DNA of 32,000 nucleotides from Flavobacteriaceae bacterium (GCA_965224465.1 OZ245049.1:2790001-2822000); one strand, 5' to 3'; shown: positions 13,656 to 22,475, counted from the stretch's first letter. Made by a program: numbers and translations. Notes: generated from the sequence alone by a model not told the origin.

Positions 13656-13870
13656 ATAATCACTCATTCTACTCTAGCTATGTTAGAAATAACATCTACT
13701 CTAAGAGTTCTATAGTAGATATACGGGTGTTAGCGTTCATTCAAAAAGACCAAACTAGTAAAGTAAACCGATGAAAAACCAGCGCACAAATAGCACATTT
13801 GCAAGCTCCGACACACATGCTGACACTTCAGCTTTCAAAAGAGCTATTTTTTGCCATCACACATAAGCCG

Positions 13871-16800
13871 ATGATTAAAATTGTTGAAATAGAAAATGCC
13901 TTAGAGCGGATTAATGGAGATATCTTTCAGGAGTTTTGTAATCATTTCTTGTATTTAAAACTTAATCCGAATTCAATAACGCCGATTGGAAGTGTGATTG
14001 GCAAAGAAAAGTCTAGAAAAGGGATTCCAGATTCCTATTTTACTAGTGCAGATAATGAATTGATTTTTGCTGAATATACAACACGAGAGAGACTTAAATC
14101 GGGCGAAAGCTTTTATAATAAGTTAAAATCAGATTTGGAAAATTGCTTTGACACCTCAAAAACTGGTTTGAAAAATGAGGAAATAAATAAGGTAATACTT
14201 TGCTTTACTGAACGTATTAAGCCCGAAGAAAGAAAAAACCTTGAAGAACTGTGCAAGAAGTATAACGCTAATTGCATCCTTGATTTAAAAGGTATTAGAG
14301 ATTTATCATTTGCCGTATTGGATTATCCAATTTTAGGAAGTTTTGTCGGGATTAAAATTGGAACTGGTCAAATTCAAGAACCATCAGAGTTTATTGCAAA
14401 TTATGAAAAGAATAGAATATCTACTCCATTAAGCAATTCTTTCAAGGGACGAGAAACAGAAATTAAAGATGGCTTGAATTATCTGGAAACCAACGATGTT
14501 TTATTAGTTTATGGAGCTGCTGGCACAGGGAAATCTAAATATGCCATTGAGTTAGCAAAACAGTTTTCAGATAAAAACGATTATACTTTTTTGTGCATAG
14601 GAAATAAAGGTATTTCGATATGGGAAGACTTAAAATCATTTATTAATAAGGATAAAAAATATGTACTATTAGTTGATGATGCAAATAGGCTTACTCAGAA
14701 TTTCCAATTGATTTTAAGTTTATTGGGAGAAAGAATATCAAACAGCTTAAAAATAATTGTAACAGTTCGGGATTATGCTTACCCACAAATAAAAACTATT
14801 GCTAATAATTGCGACTATTCATCCATAGAGATTAAAATTTTCTCTAATGATGAAATAAAGAGTATTATTCAATCAGAAGATTTTAAAATAAAAGAACCAT
14901 CCTATGTTGATAGGATTCTAAAGGTAGCACAAGGAAATGCTCGATTAGCAATAATGAGTGCCAAAGTGGCTCTTAAATCCAATAATATTACTCAACTAAA
15001 TGATGCTTCTCAGATATATGATGAGTATTTTGAACCTCTATTTACTGAAGTTCCTTTATTAAAAAAACCTATAACATTAAAAGCTTTAGCATTAATCGCA
15101 TTTTTCTCACGAATTGACAAAAGCAATAGAGAGTTTTGTGATTACATTTTTAGTTCACTAGAAATAGATGAAGAACAATTCTGGGAAATATGTTATTCTC
15201 TTCATGAAAGTGAATTAGTAGATCTTTTTGAACAACAGATTGTTAAAGTTTCAGACCAGATTTTTGCTACATACATTTTTTACAAAGCGGTTATTGAAAA
15301 TGAAACTTTAAGTTTCAATTTCTTTCTTGATAACTATCTAGATTATGAAAATAAGATTCAGGACACCATAGTCCCGATATTAAATACGTTTGATTATAAG
15401 AAAATTGAAGTCAAGTTAAAGCCAATAATTATTAATAAATGGATAGAAATAGAAAAGCAGAATGAATATAAAAATTCATTAATGTTTCTTGATTTATTTT
15501 GGTATTATTTAGGCTCACAAGTCTTTATTTTTCTCAAAAAACAAATTGACATACAAGTAAAAGAAATCACAAAGGAATATAGGTATACTTATGAAATGAA
15601 TGAATTTTCATCTGGCACAGGAAAAGACATTGAATTGCTTTCTAAGTATAGAAATCATAATGATGAATTATTCAAGGATGCATTAGAACTCTTATTTTAT
15701 TATGCTCTTAATGCTCCATCAAAAATGCCTGCCTTAGTATATACTTTAAAAGAAAAATTTAGTTTTTCTAGGTTCGGATATATGTACGGCGACCATGTTC
15801 AGCATTTACTTTTCGAATTCCTTTTTCAGAATGCTAAAGCAGGAGAAAATAAAGAGATTTATCAGAACATTATATGTGAGATTCTACCTCATTATCTAAA
15901 AATAGAATATCGGGAAAATGAAGGTAATGGAAGGTCAATCACATTATATACTTTTCATTTATGGCTTTCGAAATCAATAGAATCATTTAGAGGGAAATGC
16001 TTTGAATATTTATTATCTGTTGCAAATAAAACAGATATATTGGAAATATTATATAGACTCAATTTCTACGAATATAAAGACTCAAATGAGATACTTAATC
16101 ATGATAAAAAATATATTTTCCAAATAATTAATAACCATTTTCATCCTAGTGTATTTGAGGACTGTTTTGTCCTTCAACATATTTTAGAAGGATTCGATTA
16201 CTTAAAAGTAGATTACACAAAAGAGATAAGTGATGTAAGTGAAAGTCAACTATATCGACTTGCCGAAGTACTAAAAAAAGATAAACAAAGAAAAAAGGAA
16301 ATTGGTTGGAAAGAGGAAGAAAAGTTACATGAGAAAGAATTGCTCGAATACTGTTCTGACTTTGATGTTACACAGTATGATGCCCTATTTGAGAATGTTT
16401 CTTCGATATTGGGGAAAATTAAGAATATTAGTCGTGATAATTTAGAATGGCAATATGAAAATTCACTCAATATAATTTTAGGAAATATTGCAAAATCAGA
16501 CCCAAAATTATTTTTAGAGGTTATTACTATAAACTTTGATAAATATCAATTTAACCTTCATTTCGTTTTTATATTTAATCAGTTTTTTCAAAATAACCCG
16601 AAGTATTATTTCGAGTTATTTAAGCTCATCAAAGGGCTAAAAGAAAACATTAAGTTTAGCTTTTATCAAACCTTAAATATTGATTTTGCAAATGACGAAC
16701 ACTTGCCTTTGCTTTATGCAGCTTTACTAGATTCAATAAAATCATTATCCACACAATATGTTTTTTGGGATTTAACATTCGTAAGTAAGTTTGATACATT

Positions 16801-17617
16801 AAAGAGTGAGCAAGATATTTACAGTGAAATATTATTAATAGTATTAGCAAAAGTAAAAACAGAAGAAGCTAAGATTAGTGTTGGGCAACAATTTATTGAA
16901 AAGTGTGCTTCATTTGATAGTCTTCCTTATGAGTTACTAGTTGAAGCATATTTTTACTCCAACAAAATAGAAAATCATTTTGACCATGATAAAAAACTAT
17001 TTAGAATACTACTACAAAGAGACTTCAATTTTATTATTCGATTTTTAAAGTACAATTCTCCAAATCGTATTTCATATCACGACTTAGAGCATGAAAGATT
17101 TGATTTTATTTGGGAATTGGGCAATTCGACTAAAATAATTGACTCTGTATTTGAATTCTTTATTACAAATGAGCCGTTTTACTTTTCAGAAAGAGCAGTA
17201 GCTGCATTTTTTCCTCAAATAAACAGTAAATATGGAAATAAACCAATTGATTATTTAAGAGGTATTCTAGAAGACAAATACTTAAATGATAAATATGTAG
17301 ATGTGGTATTTAGTATAATATGCTATAAATACCCAAGTTTAAAAATGGAAATTTTAGAAATGTTTTTGACTTTAAATAATGATTTTGAGGTTTTTAGAAA
17401 ATTAGAGATTATCCAAAGAAGTAAAAGTTGGTCAGGCAGCTATATTCCAGTAGTTGAAGGAGAAAAAAAGATTTGGGAAAATGTTTTATCAGTTTTAGAA
17501 AGTTTACCAAATAGAATGGATTTCTATGAACACAAGGAATATACCACTAGACAAATTGGTTATTGTGACTTAAGGATTAAAGATGAAATGAAAAGAGAAT
17601 TTCATGAGGACTTTTAG
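13871..17617 (+). CDS. Large three-part protein: nuclease-like N-terminal domain, STAND/ORC-Cdc6-like P-loop NTPase, and ~850-aa all-helical C-terminal region. Candidate NLR-like (Avs-type) defence protein
   Basis: Walker A GAAGTGKS (14513-14536), preceded by GRETEIKDGL. Walker B VLLVDD (14663-14680). Sensor-like IIVTVRD. GNARLA (14933-14950) resembles the ORC/Cdc6 sensor-2 motif GDARxA. The N-terminus has GIPDSYF...LIFAEYTTRE, a possible PD-(D/E)xK-like pattern. The C-terminus is rich in L/F/Y/K/E/I. I prefer the ATG at 13871 (MIKIVEIENAL) to the TTG at 13799. Confidence 0.8.
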   Translation: MIKIVEIENALERINGDIFQEFCNHFLYLKLNPNSITPIGSVIGKEKSRKGIPDSYFTSADNELIFAEYTTRERLKSGESFYNKLKSDLENCFDTSKTGLKNEEINKVILCFTERIKPEERKNLEELCKKYNANCILDLKGIRDLSFAVLDYPILGSFVGIKIGTGQIQEPSEFIANYEKNRISTPLSNSFKGRETEIKDGLNYLETNDVLLVYGAAGTGKSKYAIELAKQFSDKNDYTFLCIGNKGISIWEDLKSFINKDKKYVLLVDDANRLTQNFQLILSLLGERISNSLKIIVTVRDYAYPQIKTIANNCDYSSIEIKIFSNDEIKSIIQSEDFKIKEPSYVDRILKVAQGNARLAIMSAKVALKSNNITQLNDASQIYDEYFEPLFTEVPLLKKPITLKALALIAFFSRIDKSNREFCDYIFSSLEIDEEQFWEICYSLHESELVDLFEQQIVKVSDQIFATYIFYKAVIENETLSFNFFLDNYLDYENKIQDTIVPILNTFDYKKIEVKLKPIIINKWIEIEKQNEYKNSLMFLDLFWYYLGSQVFIFLKKQIDIQVKEITKEYRYTYEMNEFSSGTGKDIELLSKYRNHNDELFKDALELLFYYALNAPSKMPALVYTLKEKFSFSRFGYMYGDHVQHLLFEFLFQNAKAGENKEIYQNIICEILPHYLKIEYRENEGNGRSITLYTFHLWLSKSIESFRGKCFEYLLSVANKTDILEILYRLNFYEYKDSNEILNHDKKYIFQIINNHFHPSVFEDCFVLQHILEGFDYLKVDYTKEISDVSESQLYRLAEVLKKDKQRKKEIGWKEEEKLHEKELLEYCSDFDVTQYDALFENVSSILGKIKNISRDNLEWQYENSLNIILGNIAKSDPKLFLEVITINFDKYQFNLHFVFIFNQFFQNNPKYYFELFKLIKGLKENIKFSFYQTLNIDFANDEHLPLLYAALLDSIKSLSTQYVFWDLTFVSKFDTLKSEQDIYSEILLIVLAKVKTEEAKISVGQQFIEKCASFDSLPYELLVEAYFYSNKIENHFDHDKKLFRILLQRDFNFIIRFLKYNSPNRISYHDLEHERFDFIWELGNSTKIIDSVFEFFITNEPFYFSERAVAAFFPQINSKYGNKPIDYLRGILEDKYLNDKYVDVVFSIICYKYPSLKMEILEMFLTLNNDFEVFRKLEIIQRSKSWSGSYIPVVEGEKKIWENVLSVLESLPNRMDFYEHKEYTTRQIGYCDLRIKDEMKREFHEDF

Positions 17618-17995
17618 ATCCTACCCGCAAAGTCAAGCACATTGTCTGGTCGCACAAGCTAGCACACGACCAAAACCAGTCAAAAAGCTTGCCTTGCCAA
17701 CGCATGAACTGACAGAAATAAAGCACGAAACGCTAATCGAGTAGACGGGTGACAACTGAATAGTTGCCACTGCGCCTCTCACACCACCGTACGTACGAGA
17801 GCTTCGCTCGGTCATTTCTAATTACAAGTGTAAAAACACTTCTAATTCTCATGAACCTATACGGCGGTTCAAAAAATTGAAGTCTGCGTATTATTAATGT
17901 AATCTATCAAAGGTTTATACCCTTTTCGTACAAGTCTAGATTTGGTAATGGTAGTCTTTAAAATTGGACTTTGGGCTACTGCCCATCCTCCCATT

Positions 17996-18035
17996 ATTCA
18001 TTTCTTTTTTATTTTAGGGGTATTCATGAAGTCGT
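17996..18035 (-). repeat. 40-nt insertion number 2 in the IEP C-terminal coding region
   Basis: Minus-strand CGACTTCATGAATACCCCTAAAATAAAAAAGAAATGAATA. Removing it rejoins ...AWSRTRTEE to MGGWAVAQSPIL... in frame. It is about 75 percent identical to the insertion at 18125-18164. Confidence 0.5.
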
Positions 18036-18124
18036 TCCTCCGTTCTGGTTCTACTCCAAGCGTATGCTTGTCCATTCTCTATTCCTAATCTGATTAGGTT
18101 TTTACGTATCCTTTCAAGCTTTTT

Positions 18125-18164
18125 ATTCACTCCCTTTTATTTTTTAGTGGTGTTCATGAGGTCA
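18125..18164 (-). repeat. 40-nt insertion number 1 in the IEP C-terminal coding region
   Basis: Minus-strand TGACCTCATGAACACCACTAAAAAATAAAAGGGAGTGAAT. Removing exactly these 40 nt rejoins ...CIWHDWNETK to KKLERIRKNLIRLG... in frame. Confidence 0.5.
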
Positions 18165-18293
18165 CTTCGTTTCGTTCCAATCGTGCCAAATACAATATCG
18201 CAACCGATTTCTTATCCACTCATCTAGCTTTTTAACTTTTGCATAGATGTTGGTTAAACGGTAATTATTCATCCAGCCTCGGCAGACTTGGTT

Positions 18294-18457
18294 TATACCA
18301 ATTACAATCCAAAATGACCAATATAAATAGTTTATTTTACGTTCTAGCGTTGTTAAAAAACAGAACGATAGCTATGGCTATCCTTAGGTTTTTAGCCTAG
18401 CTAGAACAAAAAATAATTCCATTTCTAATCCGTCACTTGGAAATGTATTTGGTATTA
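18294..18457 (-). mobile_element. MITE-like 160-bp element, copy 2, inserted in the intron IEP gene
   Basis: Removing 18296-18457 (the 160-bp element 18296-18455 plus one copy of the flanking TA) restores the minus-strand reading GAA CGG CTA AAC CAA GTC TGC CGA GGC TGG (ERLNQVCRGW). This is the expected RT-to-X-domain junction. TA dinucleotides flank the element (18294-95 and 18456-57). Terminal inverted repeats are TACCAA(T/A)T. Confidence 0.55.
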
Positions 18458-20160
18458 GCCGTTCTAAACGTTCCGACAATGACATTGGTTTGGTTTTCTT
18501 GGTAATACTCTTTAGGTTACGCTTAAACTTTGCCCAACTTTTCTTTGCTACTACTAGTATATATTGTCCTTTTACTCCCTTTTTGTAGACTGGCACAAAG
18601 CCATGTCCTAGTAACTCAAAGTTTACGGGTCTACGAATGCCACTTTTGGCTTTATTTATAGGTAGTTTTAATTTGTCTTTTAAGAAGACAAACAACGTAT
18701 TCCCTATTTGTTTCGCCTCACGTTTGGTCTTTGCGTAAATGCTAAAATCATCTGCGTAGCGGACGTACCGTAAACCCATTCTTTTCATTTCTTTATCCAA
18801 GACGTCTAACATTATGTTAGATAGTAAGGGACTAATTGGGCTTCCTTGCGGGATTCCTTTTCTACGCTTTTGAAGTTTCCCATTTATTAAAATAGGAACT
18901 CTAAGCCATTTTCGGATTAAACGCATGGTTGTTGGACATTTTACCCTGTGGTAAATAAGTTGTAGTAGGATACAATGGTCCACTTCATCAAAGAACCCTT
19001 TAAGGTCAATATCTACAATATCTTGGTAACCATTATTGATATACTGTTGAGCTTGTAGTACTGCTTTTTGAATGTTCTTTTGTGGTCTAAACCCAAAACT
19101 AAGTGGCTCAAAATCAAATTCGAACTGAACCATTAATTGTTGGCTTACCGCTTGCTGTAGCCATCTATCTACTACTGTTGGGATTCCTAAAAGTCTGGTT
19201 TTACCCTTGCCTTTTGGAATGCTTACTCCTAAGATTGAGTTTGGAACATAGCTATTCTTACGGATCGTTGTTAGTATGTCTGAACGGTTTTCAACTATAT
19301 AAGTTGAAAGTTCCGTTACTTTCATACCATCAACTCCGCTAGCTCCTTTATTTCGCTTCACTTGACGTGCTGCTTTAAAAAGGTTGGTAGCTTCTAGTAC
19401 TTTGTCAATCATAGGTTAAATAATTCGGGTACTCCTGTTGGTTTAAAACTAGGCTAGCTAGGCATCCTAATTGAATTTCAACGTAATTTAATGTTCTGTC
19501 CTTCCCTATTTGTGAGACCATCTGAGGTCTTTCCTCAACTCGTTTCCCATAGGTACTATGACGTCTGCTGACTTCTCCATAGAACCAACTCCTGGCTTTG
19601 GAGACCTCCCCAGGTAATGACATCTTCTTTCACTCAATCACTGCCGTATCTACATAACTACCCTTTTAGTATTCTTTTGGGCGTTGCAATGATGTGTTTA
19701 CTTACCCAAGTAATTATACCTCTGTATACGGTTTCTGTTCGTCAGTACCGAGCTTTGTAGTCTCGCTTCCTTCAGATAAAACCTCACGGTTTTCACCCTT
19801 GCGACTTACTAATGTTTCAGAACGTTACTCCTGCACATAAGGGACTTGCACCCTCTAGATTAATTAACTACCTTTCCGTAGTTAAAAGATGCCCATGCTG
19901 GGCACACACAATAAATATAGGTCATTTGGCGGATAGTGCTAAATTTGAAATGAGTACAATTAATAAAATATATAGCGGATTGATAGGTTGGAGCTTTGAA
20001 ATGCCAAACGCCCCATATTCGAGCCGTTATCTACAATTAGATAAAATAGTACACATGGATTCATCATTTTTCGTGATGTTTTATTAAAAAAGGGGTGTCG
20101 GGAGTCCAAATAAAACAGAGGAAGTTATTTTAAACATCTATGTTATAACGCAAGTTTGTA

Positions 20161-20340
20161 AAAACAGGGAAATACAATTAAAAAACAATTACCGCATATA
20201 ACTATTTTTTGTATATTTGAAGAACACTTATAGATATAGGCACCTAAACACTAATAACACAATGCTACTATGTGGAAACAAATAGAAATACCCATAGTTA
20301 GAGCTATTGTTATAGGTGATGGTGAGAAGATAAAAAGACA
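20161..20340 (+). repeat. Cassette leader repeat, copy A (promoter-proximal 180 bp only)
   Basis: Near-identical to 27590-27769, 24049-24228 and the matching part of 29990-30089. Homology continues about 60 nt into the CDS. Confidence 0.85.
20212..20219 (+). promoter_or_regulatory. Bacteroidota -7 promoter box TATATTTG (TAnnTTTG) of cassette A
   Basis: Exact match to the TAnnTTTG consensus inside an A/T-rich conserved block, about 120 nt upstream of the start codon. The same box occurs in all five cassettes. Confidence 0.55.
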
Positions 20341-21405
20341 ATGGAAACAAGAAAATTAAAAAAAACAGGTTTTAGAATAACATTTGAAGACGGAGAAACA
20401 ATGACAAAATATTTACAAGCAATTAGCCCTTGTTTTTGCAACAGAGACATTAAAGAGGATGAGCTTGAAGAAATAATCATTGAACTACGAAAAAAAAGCG
20501 GAAGATACGAAGTGTCAAACTTTCTAAATAAAATAAGAAAAACCGGTTTAATTGAAATTAACAAAAAGTACAAACCTAGCGATGACAAAAAGACAAGATT
20601 ATACATTAAAGAGAATGTCTACTATGCTAAATGGGGCAGTGAATTTTACCCAATAGTTGGTGATTTTAAAAAATACACTGGAAGTGAATCTCCTAAAAAA
20701 TATATTAGCAAAATAGATGGTGTTTTTAAAAAATCTATTCTTAAAGAAAAAATAAAAGAATCTGATTGCAACTACAAAACATTTGCAGATCATCTTAATT
20801 GCACATTCACTACAAATAGCATTAATACATGTATCCGTAAAATACATTTTATCGCTCAAACATTTCACGAAACAAATGGTTTTATAGATTCAAGTGAAAA
20901 AGGACAAGGAAAAAAATCATACGGAGGAGGTACGTGTTTTAAAGGCAGAGGCTTAATTCATATAACTCATGATTACAATTACCTTCCTTATTATGATGAA
21001 GCACTGAATACAGGAACCTATAAAGACTCGTCTACAGAGACAAATAAAAAATACCTTGATCTGTATGACGGAAAAAATAAAATTGGAGAAGATGTAACAG
21101 AATTTATTGAAAGAAAAGAAAAAGAAAAAAAAGCACATGGCTTCCCTGATGGTTTTATAAAAGATCACTTAAAGCCATTTGCAAAAGTATTAGCTTCTGA
21201 TTTACAACACGCCTGTTATAGTGCTGGATTCTTTTGGTACTTGAACGATATAAATGATGAAGCTGATTCAGACAATAGTGATGGAGTTTCTAATATAATA
21301 AATGCTGGTGACCAATTGTCCAAAAGAAAACAATACGTAAAATACTTAAAAGAAATTTTTGATTATGAAACTTGTAAGAAAAATCCAAAGAAAAACAAAA
21401 AGTAA
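20341..21405 (+). CDS. Toxin A: shared N-terminal tag plus a C-terminal GH19-like (chitinase/lysozyme-fold) peptidoglycan hydrolase domain
   Basis: The N-terminus METRKLKKTGFRITFEDGETMTKYLQ is shared with 27770. FIAQTFHETNGF (HET at 20866-20874) and FKGRGLIHITHDYNY (20944-20982) match the GH19 signatures (AQxxHET; GRGxxQ[IL][ST]xx[FY]NY). No signal peptide. Confidence 0.75.
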   Translation: METRKLKKTGFRITFEDGETMTKYLQAISPCFCNRDIKEDELEEIIIELRKKSGRYEVSNFLNKIRKTGLIEINKKYKPSDDKKTRLYIKENVYYAKWGSEFYPIVGDFKKYTGSESPKKYISKIDGVFKKSILKEKIKESDCNYKTFADHLNCTFTTNSINTCIRKIHFIAQTFHETNGFIDSSEKGQGKKSYGGGTCFKGRGLIHITHDYNYLPYYDEALNTGTYKDSSTETNKKYLDLYDGKNKIGEDVTEFIERKEKEKKAHGFPDGFIKDHLKPFAKVLASDLQHACYSAGFFWYLNDINDEADSDNSDGVSNIINAGDQLSKRKQYVKYLKEIFDYETCKKNPKKNKK

Positions 21406-22066
21406 TCTTTTATGTATAATTGCGATTACTTTATGCTCTTGTATATCTAGCAATAATGGCAAAAACATTACTAAAAAAAATAATTATGAAAATGTTGAAA
21501 CCAATAGCCTGTCTAATAACTTTTTAAAAAAGCTAATAGACACCCTCTCTGTTAAAGAAAGCGATACGTTATTATTCAGGAAATGGCGAGGATCAAGTAA
21601 TGATTCTGTATTCTTTAACATAAAAACATCAAAATTCATACTACTAAGAAAACCTTATTCGAAGTATTACAAAACAGGAACAAACAAATTTAGCACTTGT
21701 GAATTAACATTCAAAAACACAAAAACTAAAGAAATATTTAATTTTAAGACCTATTCTAATTTAGGCAAAGGTAATAATCCTTACAGTCAAAACAAACTAA
21801 GCAGCTATGTAGACATTGAAATTATATCTAAAAACAAAGGGAAGTTTTTGATTTCAGATCGTAACACAATAGAATATAGCTTGTTATTCGAATTAAAAGA
21901 AAATCAAATAGAAATTAACAAAATAAAAAGAATACCCCTAAGAACAAAATCTATTAAATATTGGTACGAATTAGACACATTAATTACAATTGATAAAAAT
22001 AAGAACCTCATAAACCTAACAGAAATTCAAAAATTTCTTTTTAATGAAAAAAATTTAATGAAATAA
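21365..22066 (+). CDS. Putative immunity lipoprotein for toxin A
   Basis: MKLVRKIQRKTKSNLLCIIAITLCSCISS is a signal peptide with a lipobox-like Cys. Its start overlaps the toxin 3' end by 41 nt. Its position directly downstream of the toxin fits an immunity role. Confidence 0.6.
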   Translation: MKLVRKIQRKTKSNLLCIIAITLCSCISSNNGKNITKKNNYENVETNSLSNNFLKKLIDTLSVKESDTLLFRKWRGSSNDSVFFNIKTSKFILLRKPYSKYYKTGTNKFSTCELTFKNTKTKEIFNFKTYSNLGKGNNPYSQNKLSSYVDIEIISKNKGKFLISDRNTIEYSLLFELKENQIEINKIKRIPLRTKSIKYWYELDTLITIDKNKNLINLTEIQKFLFNEKNLMK

Positions 22067-22155
22067 GCACTATTTATAACAGCTAAGATTAGTGCAATGC
22101 ATAATGCCCCTCCCAACACCTTGGTATCCATAGAAGATCACAACAGGAAACTATA

Positions 22156-22475
22156 GGATTGCGTACAATTAATTAAGAGGCTAGCGACAGCACTTGTTTT
22201 AGATCATTTACTTCTTCACTCTTTTGTGGGGACATGCCAATACAAGTTATTTCCTTCCTATTCAACAATAGATGCAGATAGCTCAACGTTATGACTAAGC
22301 GAATTGTAGTTTTAACCAGTAAAAACAGCTAAAAACAAGTATCTAGTTCTGAATTTTATGTTGTCGAAGCATTGTATGAACTGAGGTAACGGTTTTTAAG
22401 CATCAAAAAAAACAGGGGAATACAATTAAAAAACAATTATCGCATATAACTATTTTTTGTATATTTGAAGAACAC
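22156..22475 (+). repeat. Cassette leader repeat, copy B (upstream part plus promoter; diverges just after the -7 box)
   Basis: Homologous to 27339-27656, including the core AATTAAGAGGCTAGCGACA at 22171-22189. Homology ends at GAAGAACAC (22475). Confidence 0.85.
22460..22467 (+). promoter_or_regulatory. -7 promoter box TATATTTG of cassette B
   Basis: Same conserved TAnnTTTG box, about 115 nt upstream of the ATG at 22582. Confidence 0.5.

Larger units (their letters stand above)
17869..19412 (-). pseudogene. Group II intron reverse transcriptase/maturase (IEP), interrupted
   Basis: RT motifs are present: RLLGIPTVVDRWLQQA, DIDLKGFFDEVDH, GIPQGSPISPLLSNIML, YVRYADDFSIY. The open frame ends at 18384. 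X-domain and C-terminal pieces continue in other frames (NQVCRGWMNNYRL...KLDEWIRNRLRYCIWHDW; KKLERIRKNLIRLGIENGQAYAWSRTR; GGWAVAQSPILKTTITKSRLVRKGYKPLIDYINNTQTSIF*). They are separated by a 160-bp insertion and two 40-nt insertions. Confidence 0.85.
17741..19907 (-). mobile_element. Group II intron, near full length (~2.17 kb) but with a disrupted IEP gene
   Basis: The minus-strand 5' end reads GTGTGCCCAGCATGGGC (consensus GUGYG) at 19907. The RT ORF lies in the middle. The 3' end reads ...GTCTAC at 17741. The 3' ~200 nt are conserved in two other fragments in this window. Boundaries are uncertain by about 10 nt. Confidence 0.8.

Noticed and set aside
13520-13774. 84-aa ORF called as a possible gene
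   Set aside because: Only its first ~40 codons are meaningful, and they form the C-terminal remnant of a tyrosine recombinase. The rest is A-rich spacer. It is annotated as a pseudogene fragment instead.
12256-13800. Integron-like organisation (recombinase end followed by cassettes; GTTAGC resembling an attC/attI core)
   Set aside because: GTTAGC(A/G) does not fit GTTRRRY. There are no imperfect-palindrome attC structures after the cargo genes and no intact integron-type integrase, so tandem integrative-element remnants are the simpler reading.
17633-17815. 60-aa minus-strand ORF (MTERSSRTYGGVRGAVATIQ...)
   Set aside because: It lies over the conserved 3' RNA domains of the group II intron, downstream of the IEP stop at 17869. 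The same nucleotide block recurs in the two intron fragments without a conserved frame. It is a spurious translation of structured RNA.
17996-18164. Programmed translational bypass of the 40-nt blocks in the maturase gene
   Set aside because: Only the first block has a matching take-off/landing codon pair with an adjacent stop (AAG TGA ... AAG). The second does not. The same ORF is also destroyed by a 160-bp insertion, so the gene is most likely simply dead.
19812-20087. 91-aa plus-strand ORF
   Set aside because: It starts inside the intron 5' region on the antisense strand and crosses the intron boundary at 19907. It has no recognisable motif. The tail (MSTINKIYSGLIGW...) is short and unsupported.
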